A stretch of DNA of 64,000 nt from Heterodontus francisci (taxonomy: Eukaryota): the NCBI RefSeq assembly GCF_036365525.1, contig NC_090371.1:135962737-136026736 (forward strand), given 5' to 3'. Made by a program: the position numbers and the translations under genes. The stretch's first letter is position 1; every line of letters starts with the position of its first letter. The notes beneath the pieces are model-generated. The model made no database searches and was not told the DNA's origin. It saw only the letters and a list, made by a program, of their open reading frames with translations. This document shows positions 47,940 through 59,356 of the stretch, in pieces.

Positions 47940-49820
47940 AGGGAAAAGAAGTCACTAGTGGGAGTGGTCTACAGGCCCCCTAACAGTAACCATAATGTAG
48001 GACGAAGTATGCAAGAAGAAATATTGGGTGCTTGTGATAAAGGGACGGCAGTAATCATGGGTGATTTTAATCCACATATAAACTGGAAAAATCAGATTGG
48101 CAATAGTAGCCTGGATGAGGAGTTCATAGAATGCTTTCGAGAGAGTTTCTTAGAGCAGCACGTTCTGGAACCAACCAGACAGCAGGTTATATTCGACTTA
48201 GTATTGTGTAATGTGACAGAATTAATTAATGACCTCAGAGTAAAGGCACCTCTAGGAAGCAGTGACCACATTATGATTGAATTTTACATCCAGTTTGAAA
48301 GAGAGAAGAGTGAGTCTAAAACTAGTATGTTAAACTTAAATAAGGGCAACTATGTGCGCATGAAAGCTGAGCTAGCTGGAGTGAACTGGGTTACTAGGCT
48401 AGTAGATAAATCAATAGAGAAGTAGTGGCAGACATTCAAGGGGATATTTCAGAATACTCAGGATAAGTATATTCTTACGATAAAGAAAAATTCTAAGGGG
48501 AGGACCCACCTTTTGTGGTTAACTAAAGAAGTTAAGGAAAGCATCAAACTTAAGGAAAAGGAGTTTAATTGCGCAAAGATGAGTGGCAGGTCAGATGATT
48601 GGTCAGAATATAAAGAACTGCAGAGAATGACTTAAAGGTTAATCAGGAGAAAGAAATTAGAGTATGATGCGAAGCTTGCTAGAAATGTAAAAACAGATAG
48701 CAAGAGTTTTTGCAGGTGTTTAAAAAGGAAAAGAGTAAGTAAAGTGAGTGTTGGTCTTCTAGAAAGTGAGAATGGGGAGTTAATAGTAGATAATAAGGAA
48801 ATGGCAGATGAAATGAAAATATTTTGCTTCTGTCTTCACTACAGAGGATACAAAAACATTCCAGTAATAGCTGTAAATCAGGAGGTGGAAGGAAGAGGGG
48901 AACTTGGTGAAATTACAATCACCAGGGGAGCGGTACTGAGCAAACTGATGGAACTGTGGGCTGACAAGTCCCCGGGTCCTGATGGGCTTCATCCTAGAGC
49001 CTTAATAGAGGTGGCTAATAAGGTAGTAGATGCGTTGGTGTTAATTTTTCAAAATTCGCTAGATTCAGGAAAGGTTCCATCAGATTGGAAAATAGCAAAC
49101 TCCTCTATTCAAGAAGGGGGAGAGGCAGAAAACAGGTAACTATAGGCCAGTTAGCTTGACGTTTGTCATGGGAAAGGTGTTAGAATCGATCCTTAAGGAG
49201 GCTATAGCTGGGCACTTAGAAAAATTAGGGCGGCAGAGTGGCGCAGTGGTTAGCACCGCAGCCTCACAGCTCCAGCGACCCGGGTTCAGTTCTGGATACT
49301 GCCTGTGCGGAGTTTGCAAGTTCTCCCTGTGACCGCGTGGGTTTCCGTCGGGTGCTCCGGTTTCCTCCCACAGCCAAAGACATGCAGGTTGATAGGTAAA
49401 TTGGCCATTGTGAATTGCCCTTAGTGTAGGAAGGTGGTAGGAAAATGATGGGGATGTGGGAGGGAATATGGGATTAATGTAGGATTAGTATAAATGGCTG
49501 GTTGTTGGTCGGCACAGACTCGGTGGGCCGAAGGGCCTGTTTCAGTGCTGTATCTCTAAATAAATAAATAAATTTAAAATAAATAAAATTCAAGGTAATC
49601 GGGAATAGTCAGCATAGCGTTGTAAAAGGGAGATTGTTGTTAACCAATTTATAGGAGTTCTTTGAAGGAGTAACATGTGCCATGGCTAAAGGTGAGCCTG
49701 TTGATGTACCATACTTGGATTTCCAGAAGACATTTGACAAGGTACCACATTAAAGGTTATTGGACAAAGTAGAAGCTCATGGTGTTGTGGGTAACATATT
49801 AGCATGGATAGAAGATTGGG
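47940..49820 (+). mobile_element. Decayed CR1 ORF2 fragment (EN to RT) interrupted by HE1 SINE
   Basis: VGVVYRPP, IMGDFN, GSSDH and KSPGPDGLHPR. Confidence 0.9.
49228..49590 (+). mobile_element. Full-length HE1-type V-SINE
   Basis: gggcggcagagtggcgcagtggttagcacc (A box), gggttcagttc (B box), V-domain gggtgctccggtttcctcccac, tail gggccgaagggcctgtttcagtgctgtatctc(taaa)n. Confidence 0.92.
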
Positions 49821-50094
49821 CCCCAACACAGACCCGTGCGGGACTCCACTCGTCACATCCTGCCAATCCGAAAAGGACCCACTTCTGCATACTCTCTGTT
49901 TTCTGCCAACCAGCCAATCTTCTATGAACCTTCTATCTTCAATAAATTGGTTAAAACTCTGAGATGGAAACCACCTGGGGATTTGTCATTCTTTAGTGCC
50001 GTTATTTTTTTTTGTTAGCTATTTTATTTACATTAGTTCATCTGTCTGATTCAATTTTAGTCTCCTTGGGATTTCCAGCATGCTGACCTTTTTT

Positions 50095-52765
50095 GATAGG
50101 AGCAGGAGTGGATCATTCGGCCCTTCAAGCCTGCTGCGCCATTCAATAAGAACATGGCTTATCTGCCCCAGACCTCGACTGCTCTTTCGTGCCAGCTCCT
50201 CATTGCCCTCAACTCTCCGATATCTACCTCCTCTTTAAATACTTTCAGTGATCTAGCCTCCACAACTTTCTGGGGTAGAGAATTCCAGACATTCACTACC
50301 CTCTGAGAGAAGAAATTCCTTCGCATCTCAGTTTTAAATGAGTGTCCCCTTATTCTGTAACTATGTCCCCTAGTTTGAGATTCCCCCACTAGTAGAAACA
50401 TCATCTCAACATCTGCCCTGTCAAGTCCCCTCAGAATCTTGTACATTTCAATAAGATCACCCCTCATTCTTCTAAACTCTAATGAATAAAGGCCTAACCT
50501 GTTTAGCCATTCTTGATAAGTCAACCCCTTCATCCCAGGAATCAGCCTAGTGAATCTCTTTTGAATTGCCTCCAATGCCAGTATATCCTTTCTTAAATAC
50601 GGGGACCAAAACTGTACGCAGTACTCCAGGTGCGGCCTCACCAACACCCTGTACAGTTGTAACAAGACTTCCCTATTTTTAAACTCCAACCCCCGAGCAA
50701 TAAAGGCCAAAATTCCATTTTCCTTCTTAATTACTTGCTGCACCTGCACGCTAATTTTTTGTGTTTCATGCACAAAGAACACCCAGATCTCTGTGCTGCA
50801 CTTTTTTGGAGTCTCTCCATTTAAATAGTAGTCTGCCTTTTGGTTTTACCTACCAAAGTGCATGACCTCTCACTTTCATAGAGTCATAGAGAGATACAGC
50901 ACTGAAATAGTCCCTTCGGCCCATCGAGTCTGTGCTGACCAACAACCACCCATTTATACTAATCCTACATTAATCCCATATTTCCTACCACATCCCCACC
51001 ATTCTCCTACCACCTAGCTACACTAGGGGCAATTTACAATGGCCAATTTACGTGTCAACCTGCAAGTCTTTGGCTGTGGGAGGAAACCGGAGCACCCGGC
51101 GGAAACCCACGCGGTCACAGGCATTACCCAGAACCAAACCCGGGTCGCTGGAGCTGAGGCTGCGGTGCTAACCACTTCGCCGCCCCTAATTTCCTACATT
51201 AAACTGCATCTGCTAGGTTTTTGCCCACTCACTCAACCTATCTATATCCCCTTGCAGATTCCTTATGTCCTCATCACAACATGCCCTCCCACCTATTTTT
51301 GTATCGTCAGCAAATTTGGATATATTATGCTCTGCCCCCTCCTCCAAGTCGTTAATATAGATAGTAAATATTTGAGGCCCTAGTACTGATCCTTGTGGCA
51401 TTCCACTAGTTACGTCTTTCCAACCTGATAATGACCCATTAATCCCGACTCTCTGTCTTCTGTGAGTTAACCAATCCTCAATCCATGGTCCTTACCTCCA
51501 ATACCATGAGTTCCTATTTTATATAATAATCTTTTATGTGGCAATGCTTTCTGGAAATCCAAATACACTACATCTACCGGTTCCCCTTTATCAACTCTGC
51601 TTGTTATATCCTCAAAGTACTCTAGCAAATTTGTCAAACATGATTTCCCTTTCACAAAACCATGTTGACTCTGTTTGATTGCGTTAAGCTTTTCTAAATG
51701 TCCTGCTATTTTTTCCTTAATAATGGTTTGTTTTATATTTCTTGCCAATTTACAGTTTTCTCCCTCTTTATTAGCTTTTTAGTCATCCACTGCTGGTTCC
51801 TAAAAAAAAAATTTGCAATCCTCTGGCCTACCACTAGTTTTCACTGCTTTGTATGCCTTAGTTTTTGATTGGATACTCTCCTTGACCGCCTTTGTTAACC
51901 ACAGGTGGTTCATCCTTCTCATCGCGTCCTTTTTGACCGGGATAAATTTTTGCTGAACGTTATTAAATATCTGCTTAAATGTCTGCCACTGATCATCCAC
52001 TGACCTTTCCCTTAGTCTATCTTCCTAGCCCGCGTTAGACAACTCTTCCTTCATACCTCTGTAATTGCCCTTGTTTAAGTTGAGGACACTGGTTTGAGAC
52101 CTGAGTTGCCCGCCCTCAAATTGAATTTGAAATTCTACCATTTTGTGATCGCTACCCCCTAGAGGATCCTTAACCAAGATAGCTCTTATTAATCCTACCT
52201 CATCACACATTACTTGATCTAAAATAGCCTGTTCCCGGGAAGGTTCAGCAATGTATTGCTCTAAGTAACAATCTCTGATGCAGTCTACAAATTCGTCTTC
52301 CATGCCACCTCTGCCAATCTGATTTGTCCCGTCAATATGCAGATTAAAATCACCCATGACAATTGTAGCGCCCTTCTTGCATGCCTCTGTTATTTCCCAA
52401 TTTATACTTTGTCCTACAGTGAGGCAATTCTTCGGGGGCTTATTGACGACTCCCACCCGTGACTTCTTCCTCTTGCTATTCCTTATTTCCACCCAAACTG
52501 ATTCCACATTGCACCGATATCACTAATCACCACCGCACTGATACCTTCCTTTATTTACAAAGCTACCCCACCTCCTTTTTTTTTTTTGCCTCTTTTTCTG
52601 GAACGTCGAATACCCTTGAATATTGAGTTTCCAGTCTTAATCACCCTGCATCCACGTCTCTGAAATAACTATCAAGTCATATTCATTTATTTCTATTTGT
52701 GCCGTCAACTCATCTAGCTTGTTACAAATGCTGCGTGCGTTCAGATAAAGAGCCTTAAACTTTGA
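50095..52765 (-). mobile_element. Decayed CR1 ORF2 interrupted by HE1 SINE
   Basis: LYLNARSI, MGDFN, QHGFVKGKSCLTN, PQGSVLGP..KFADD and RPHLEYCVQFWSP. Confidence 0.92.
50880..51186 (-). mobile_element. HE1-type V-SINE (small internal deletion)
   Basis: Reverse complement of 49228-49560. Confidence 0.9.
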
Positions 52766-53439
52766 CTTTTTACCATTATTATTATGATTGCTATTTGATC
52801 GATGTTCAATCACCATAAGGCTGTTAGCTAAATCTGGCTCATTGCTCATTACTAAGTCTAATATGGCCTTCCCCCTTGTTTGTTCTAGGACATATTGCTG
52901 CAGAACATTATCCTGGACCCACAAAAAAATCACTACCTTTCTGATCCGTACTAATCTGCTTGTTAAAATCCCCTATTAAAACCACTCTGCCTTTGCTACA
53001 TACTTGTCTAGCCTCTGCATATGGACAATCCACCACTTCACAGTTGCTACTGGGTGCCTATACATAATTCTCACTAGAGTCCTTTTTCTATTTCTTAATT
53101 CTACCCATAAAATCTCCACTGCGTGTTATTCATGTGTTTCCCAGCCTGTTGAAAGAGCTGCTGCAACAAAAATGCGCTTCCCCTTTTAAGAGCTATAGGC
53201 TGGTTTTAAGAAGTGCAAACTGGCTTTAATTGGTACCAGCCTTGCATGAACTTTGGCTGCATATTCAGCAGGGAGCCCTTCAGCAGCACCTTTCGTGTTA
53301 GGCTGCACGCCACAATTATGGATATGAGCACCAAGTTTGCGTGCTGCCTGCATTAGTTTCAACGGGCGCGGGTTAATCACACGTCACAGTCCCCGCGCCT
53401 ATTATTAGGCCTTACTGAATTTTTAGCCCTATAAATCTC

Positions 53440-53646
53440 CTGGTAATATTCAAAGAGCAGGGATTCTCCCAGCGTCCTGGCCAACATTTCTCCTTCAACC
53501 AACACCACCAAAAAAACGATGAACTGGTAATTCATGTCATTGCTGTTTGTTAGATCTTGCTGTCTGTGTAACAACATCACGTCATTGTGTGAAGTGCTCT
53601 CTGATGTTTCTAAGAGATAGAATAAAGCATATATAAATGCAAGTTT
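53440..53646 (+). mobile_element. Old DeuSINE fragment
   Basis: gagcagggattctcccagcgtcctggccaacattt..attgctgttt..tatataaatgcaagt. Confidence 0.65.
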
Positions 53647-53897
53647 TCATTTAATTTCTTTTATTAGTAGTAATTGTCTCTGCTGTATATGTGTGTTTAG
53701 TTTCATGTGGTTACATGAAATTGCAAACATGGTAAATTGCTGACTACAAATCTTTTTTAAAAATCCAGTAGTTTTTATGAGAAATGTTACTGTAGCATTT
53801 AGAAGCTGTCTCACTAACTGCTTTAGTGTGCTAACCATGTCCTTTTTCTGTTTTTATGCACATGTATTTCTTCCTCTGTGATTAATTGTATATCTAG

Positions 53898-53957
53898 AAA
53901 CCGTGGACTGATTTTGCTGTGCTGAATGGTGGAAAGATTAATAGTGACATTTGGAAG
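53898..53957 (+). CDS. APBB2: APBB2 60-nt symmetric exon with GC donor
   Basis: tatctag|AAACCGTGG...ATTTGGAAG|gcaagt. Encodes KPWTDFAVLNGGKINSDIWK (recalled human KQPWSDFAVLNGGKINSDIWK). Phase 0-0, joining ...ENE to DLHAA in frame. Confidence 0.93.
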
Positions 53958-55714
53958 GCAAGTATTTTATGAAATATTAATCAGATAACCTATTTTAAAA
54001 AAGAAAAGATAATTCTAATAATTCAAATACCATTTAACATTCAAATTAACTTGAGTATATGTACTAAGCAGAGATAAAAACCATTTGACACAGCACTGAC
54101 GTGTTGACCGAATCAAAATGCTACTACAAAGGTGGCAATTGAAAGTTTTCAAACTTTTATTGGATTTAAGTGCATAGAGATTAAATAATGTGTGGTACAA
54201 AGATATTTCAGACTCTTCTAATTTATGTAATGCAATTTACTCATTCAACATATGCTGTGAAGGCAGCTGTCACCTTACCGGGCCTTGAATGGGCAAACAA
54301 GCTTATACTCTCTTGTGATTTTCCCACATGGCTTTCACAGTGAAGATTAGGTGAACTGCAACCATGTTAAATCCAGAAAAGTTTGACCTGTTCTGTGTCA
54401 TGGATGTGTGCAGGGGCAAATGTTTCAAATAAAGTGATTGGATACCTAAGTGTTATTCCCCATTGGTGTTTGAGATAAGTTGAGTGCTTTATGTGTGCCA
54501 ATGTCCCTCTGGAGCCTCTTTAAAATCACCTTCAATAAGATTGAAACCCACTGAAGAACAAAAGGTCTGTGCTTGATACAGTATGAAACATCTTGATAAA
54601 AGTAAATTTTACAGACAGCGAACTTATATTTGAGATCCTAAGTTGCAAACAATAATTACCATTATTTTAGGCTTTGGTACATTAACTTCAAGTTCTATGC
54701 AGTAATGGCTTATTCAAATTGCTATGAGAAGGTTCCTCATGAGTACAGATGTACATTGTTATCACTTTCTCTAACATTTGCTAAAACTAAATATTGTTTG
54801 CTAATGTTTAAACTAATGATGGTCTTGATGATTAGCAATATGGAGTTGATTCTGTACCTCTTTGTAGTTGCAGGACTCCACTTTATTTCTCCTAAGCTGC
54901 AAATACACTATTCAAATACACTGCAACCTTTACCTCTTCCTTTCATAATCATTGTGTTGAAGCCATTAATTTTCTACTCAAACGCAATTTTTGCCATGAC
55001 ATCAAGACTGGAAATTGTTCCCCCCCTTCCTTTACTACGGTCTACCATCTTTGGCTTTAAAATACAATTTTAGTTTCACTCATCACTGTTTCTTGATTTA
55101 CCTCATTTTATTTGGTCCTGTATTTGCCCCTTGGTTTTGGTTTCTCAGTAAAAATAAAGGATGCGTTCAAGGCAGCTTACCCAGCAAAATCTGTTTTGAA
55201 TGTCCGTTATGAAGATGATTGCAGTAAAATGGGAAAATTAGGAAGTTTTTTTTATACGTTACTTTTCTGCATTTTGACATTTACATATTGGTGGTCATAT
55301 ATTTTGTTCACGTGCCATTTGTGGGAACAGACATTGCAGCAGTGTATCTGCTCCATAATTGGAAGTGGTGTTAAGCACATACGGATCAGGGTATCTATTG
55401 GGATGAGGTTGAATTTCTGTTTCTATTGTATCTGGAGTTGGAAGGGATATATTAAGTTTTACAGCATATACAGTGCCAGCTCCAAGTTTCTGCCTGAACT
55501 AAAGCAATGGATAAAATTAAAAAGGTCAATGCCATCGATACTTTTTTTCTTAGTTCCCTTTCATTTTTGAAGAAGTTAGCTTTGTATTGATTACATGAGT
55601 GGGTTGATAGAACAGGAGTGATTCATTTCCTAAAACTGCACTAGTTTAGTCCAATCCACAGAAAAAATAAGATTTGTGATACTGCATCTTATTTTATATA
55701 TTTAGGGGAGTCAT

Positions 55715-56380
55715 TGAAGGAGGCCATTCAGCCTGTTGTGTCCATGCTGGCTGAAAAAACTAGCCGCCCAATCTAATCCCACCTCCCAGCACCTGGTCCA
55801 TAGCCTTGCAGGTTACAGCGCTTCAGGTGCATGTCCAGGTACCTTTTAAAAGAATTGAGGGTTTCTGCCTCCACCACCGTTCCTGGCAGTGAATTCCAGA
55901 CACCCACCACTCTTTGGGTGAAAAGGCTTTTCATATGCCCTCTAATCCTTCTACCAATCACCTTAAATCTGTACCCCCTGGTAATTGATCTGTCTGCTGG
56001 GGGAACAGGTCCTTCCTGTCTACTCTATCTAGGCCCCTCATAATTTTGAATACCTCAAATAAGTCACTGCTCAGCTTCCTCTTTTCTAAGGAAAACAACA
56101 CTAGCCTACCCAATCTTTCCTCATCGCTACAACTTTCGATCCCGAGCAACATTCTTGTAAATCTCCTATGTATTCTCTCCAGAGCTGTTATGTCCTTTCT
56201 GTAATGTGGTGACTAGAACTGTACACAATACTCCAGCTGTGGCCTAACCAGCGTTTTATACAGTTCCAGCATTGCTTCCCTGCTTTTGCATTCTATACCT
56301 CAGCCAATAAAGGAAAGCATTCCATATACCCTCTTCACCACTCTCTCTACCTGTCCTGCCACCTTCAGGGACCTGTGGAC
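55715..56380 (-). mobile_element. CR1 3' fragment hosting the full-length CR1
   Basis: FTQRVVGVWNSLP. Interrupted at gtggacat and appears to resume as atgcactcc at about 60732. Confidence 0.85.
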
Positions 56381-59240
56381 ATAGAAACATAAACATAGAA
56401 AATAGGAGCAGGAGTAGGCCATTCGGCCCTTCGAGCCTGCTCCGCCATTTATTATGATCACAGCTGTAACCTGTTCCCGCTTTCCCCCCCAAATCCTTGG
56501 ATCCTTTTTGCTCCAAGAGCTATATCTAACTCCTTCTTGAAAACATACAATGCCTCAACTGCTTTCTGTGGTAGCGAATTTCACAGGTTCACTACTCTCT
56601 GGGTGAAGAAATTTCTCCTCATCTCAGTCCTGAAACGTTTACCCCATATCCTTTGACTATGACCCCTGGTTCTGGACTCCCCCACCATCAGGAACATCCT
56701 TCCTGCATCTACCCTGTCAAGTCTTGTTAGAATTTTATAGGTTTCTATGTGATCCCCCCTCTGTCTTCTGAACTCCAGCGAGTATAATCCTAACCGACTC
56801 AATCTCTCCTCGTACGTCAATCCCACCATCCCAGGAATCAGTCTGGTAAACCTTCGCTGCACTCCCTCTATAGCAAGAATATCCTTCCTCAGATAAGGGG
56901 ACCAAAACGGCACACAATATTCCAGGTGTGGCCTCACCAAGGCCCTGTATAATTGCAGCAAGACATCCCTGCTCCTGTACTCTAATCCTCTCGCTATGAA
57001 GGCCAACATACCATTTGCCTTTTTTACCGCCTGTTGCACCTGCATGCTTACCTTCAGCGACTGGTGTACGAGAACATCCAGGTCTCGTTGCATATTCCCC
57101 TCTCTCAGTTTATAGCCATTCAGATAATCTGCCTTCCTGTTTTTGCTACCAAAGTGGATAACCTCACATTTGTCCACATTATACTGCATCTGCCATGCAT
57201 TAGCCCACTCACTCAACTTGTCCAAATCACCCTGAAGCCTCTCTGCATCCTCCTCACAACTCACCCTCCCACTCAGTTTTGTGTCACATGCAAATTTGGA
57301 GATATTACATTTAGTTACCTCCTCTAAATCATTAATATATATTGTAAATAGCTGGGGTCCTAGCACTGATCCCTGCGGTACCCCACTAGTCACTGCCTGC
57401 CATTCGGAAAAAGATTCCTACTCTTTGTTTCCTGTCTGCCAACCAATTTTCTATCCATCGCAATACACTACCCCCAATCCCATGCGCTTTAATTTTACAC
57501 GCTACTCTCATATGTGGGACTTTGTCGAAAGCCTTCTGAAAGTCCAAATAAGCCACATCCACTGGCTCCCCCTCATCAACTCTACTAGTTACATCCTCAA
57601 AGAATTCTATTCGATTTGTCAAACATGATTTCCCTTTCATAAATCCATGCTGACTCTGTCCAATTCTACCACTGTTCTCCAAGTGCTCTGCTATAAAATC
57701 TTTGATAATGGACTCTCAAATTTTCCCCCGTACCGACGTCAGGCTGACTGGTCTATAATTCCCTGTTTTCTCCCTACCTCCCTTTTTAAATAGTGGGGTT
57801 ACAATAGCTACCCTCCAATCTGTAGGAACTGTTCCAGAGTCTGTAGAATCTTGGAAGATGACCAGCAATGCATCCATTATTTCTAGGGCCACTTCCTTGA
57901 GTACTCTGGGATGTAGATTATCAGGCCCTGGGGATTTATCAGCCTTCAATCCCATCAATTTCCCCAACACCATTTCTCTACTAATACTGATTTCCTTCAG
58001 CTCCTCTCTCTCACTAAGCCCTGTGTTCCCCAACATTTCTGGTATGATATTTGTGTCCTCCTTTGTGAAGACAGAACAAAAGTATGCATTTAGCTGGTCA
58101 GCCATTTCTTTGTTTCCCATAATTAATTCCCCTGTTTCTGACATTTGTCTTCAATCTTTTTTTCTTCACATACCTATAGAAACTTTAACAGTCAGTTTTT
58201 ATGTTCCCCGCAAGCTTACTCTCGTACTCTGTTTTCCCCTTCTTAATCAATCCCTTGGTCCTCCTTTGCTGAATTCTAAACTGCTCCCAATCCTCAGTTC
58301 TGTTGTTTTTTCTGGCGAGTTTGTATGCCTTTTCCTTGGATCTAATACTATCTCTAATTTCCCTTGTAAGCCATGGTTTGGCTACCTTTCCTGTTTTACT
58401 TTGCGCCAGACAGGAATAAACAATTGTTGCAGTTCATCCATGCGCTCTTTGAATGTTTGCCATTGCCTATCCACCATCATCCATTTAAATAACACTTCCC
58501 AATCTATCATAGCCAACTCGCGCCTCATACCTTCTCCGTTTCCTTTATTTAGATTCAGCACCCTAGTCTCAGAATCAACTACGTCACTCTTCATCTTGAT
58601 GAAGAATTCTATCATATTATGGTCGCTCATCCCCAAGGGGTTTTGCGCAACTAGATTGTCAATTATTCCTCTCTCATTACACAATACCCATTCTAGGATG
58701 GCCTGTTCTCTAGTTGGTTCCTCAATGTATCGGTCCAGAAAACCATCCTGTATACACTCCATGAATTCCTCCTCTACGGTATTGTGACTAATTTGATTTG
58801 CCCAATCTATATGCAGATGAAAGTCACCCATAATTACAGATGTTCCTTTATCACATGCATCTCTAATTTCCTGTTTAATGCCATTCCCAACATCACCACT
58901 ACAGTTTGGGGGTCTATATACAACCCCCACTAATGTTTTTTGCCCCTTAGTGTTTCTCAGCTCTACCCATACAGATTCCACATCGTCAGAGCTAATATCC
59001 TTCCTCACTATTGCTTTAATTTCCACTTTAACCAGCTATGCAACTCCACCGTCTTTTACTTTTTGTCTGTCCTTCCTAAATACTGAATACCCCTGGATGT
59101 TCATTTCTCATCCCTGGTCACCCTGCAGCCATGTCTCTGTAATCCCGCCTATATCATACCCGTTTACATCTATTTGCGCGATTAATTCATCCACTTTATT
59201 GTGAAGGCTCCACACGTTAAGGCATAAAGCCTTAAGACTT

Positions 59241-59356
59241 ATATAATATAAAATAAAAACAAGAACTGCTGGAAATACTCAGCAGGTCTGGCAGCATCTG
59301 TGGAGAGAGAGAAGCAGAGTTAACGTTTCAGGTCAGTGACCCTTCTTCAGAACGGT
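59241..59356 (-). mobile_element. Solo Penelope-like pLTR insertion
   Basis: Flanked by 12/14 duplication aagccttaagactt (59227-59240) / aagccttgaggctt (59357-59370) within the CR1. Confidence 0.85.
59319..59353 (-). ncRNA. Minimal type I hammerhead ribozyme
   Basis: GUU-CUGAAGA-A-GGGUC-ACU-GACCU-GAAA-CG-UU-AAC. Core intact (position 7 is variable). Confidence 0.75.

Noticed and set aside
49228-49300. tRNA-like sequence with A/B boxes (also 33360-33425, 51120-51186, 11490-11540)
   Set aside because: These are SINE heads continuing into SINE bodies, not tRNA genes.
57858-58787. 309-aa plus-strand ORF (and similar ones at 29035-31905)
   Set aside because: Antisense shadow frames of CR1 ORF2.
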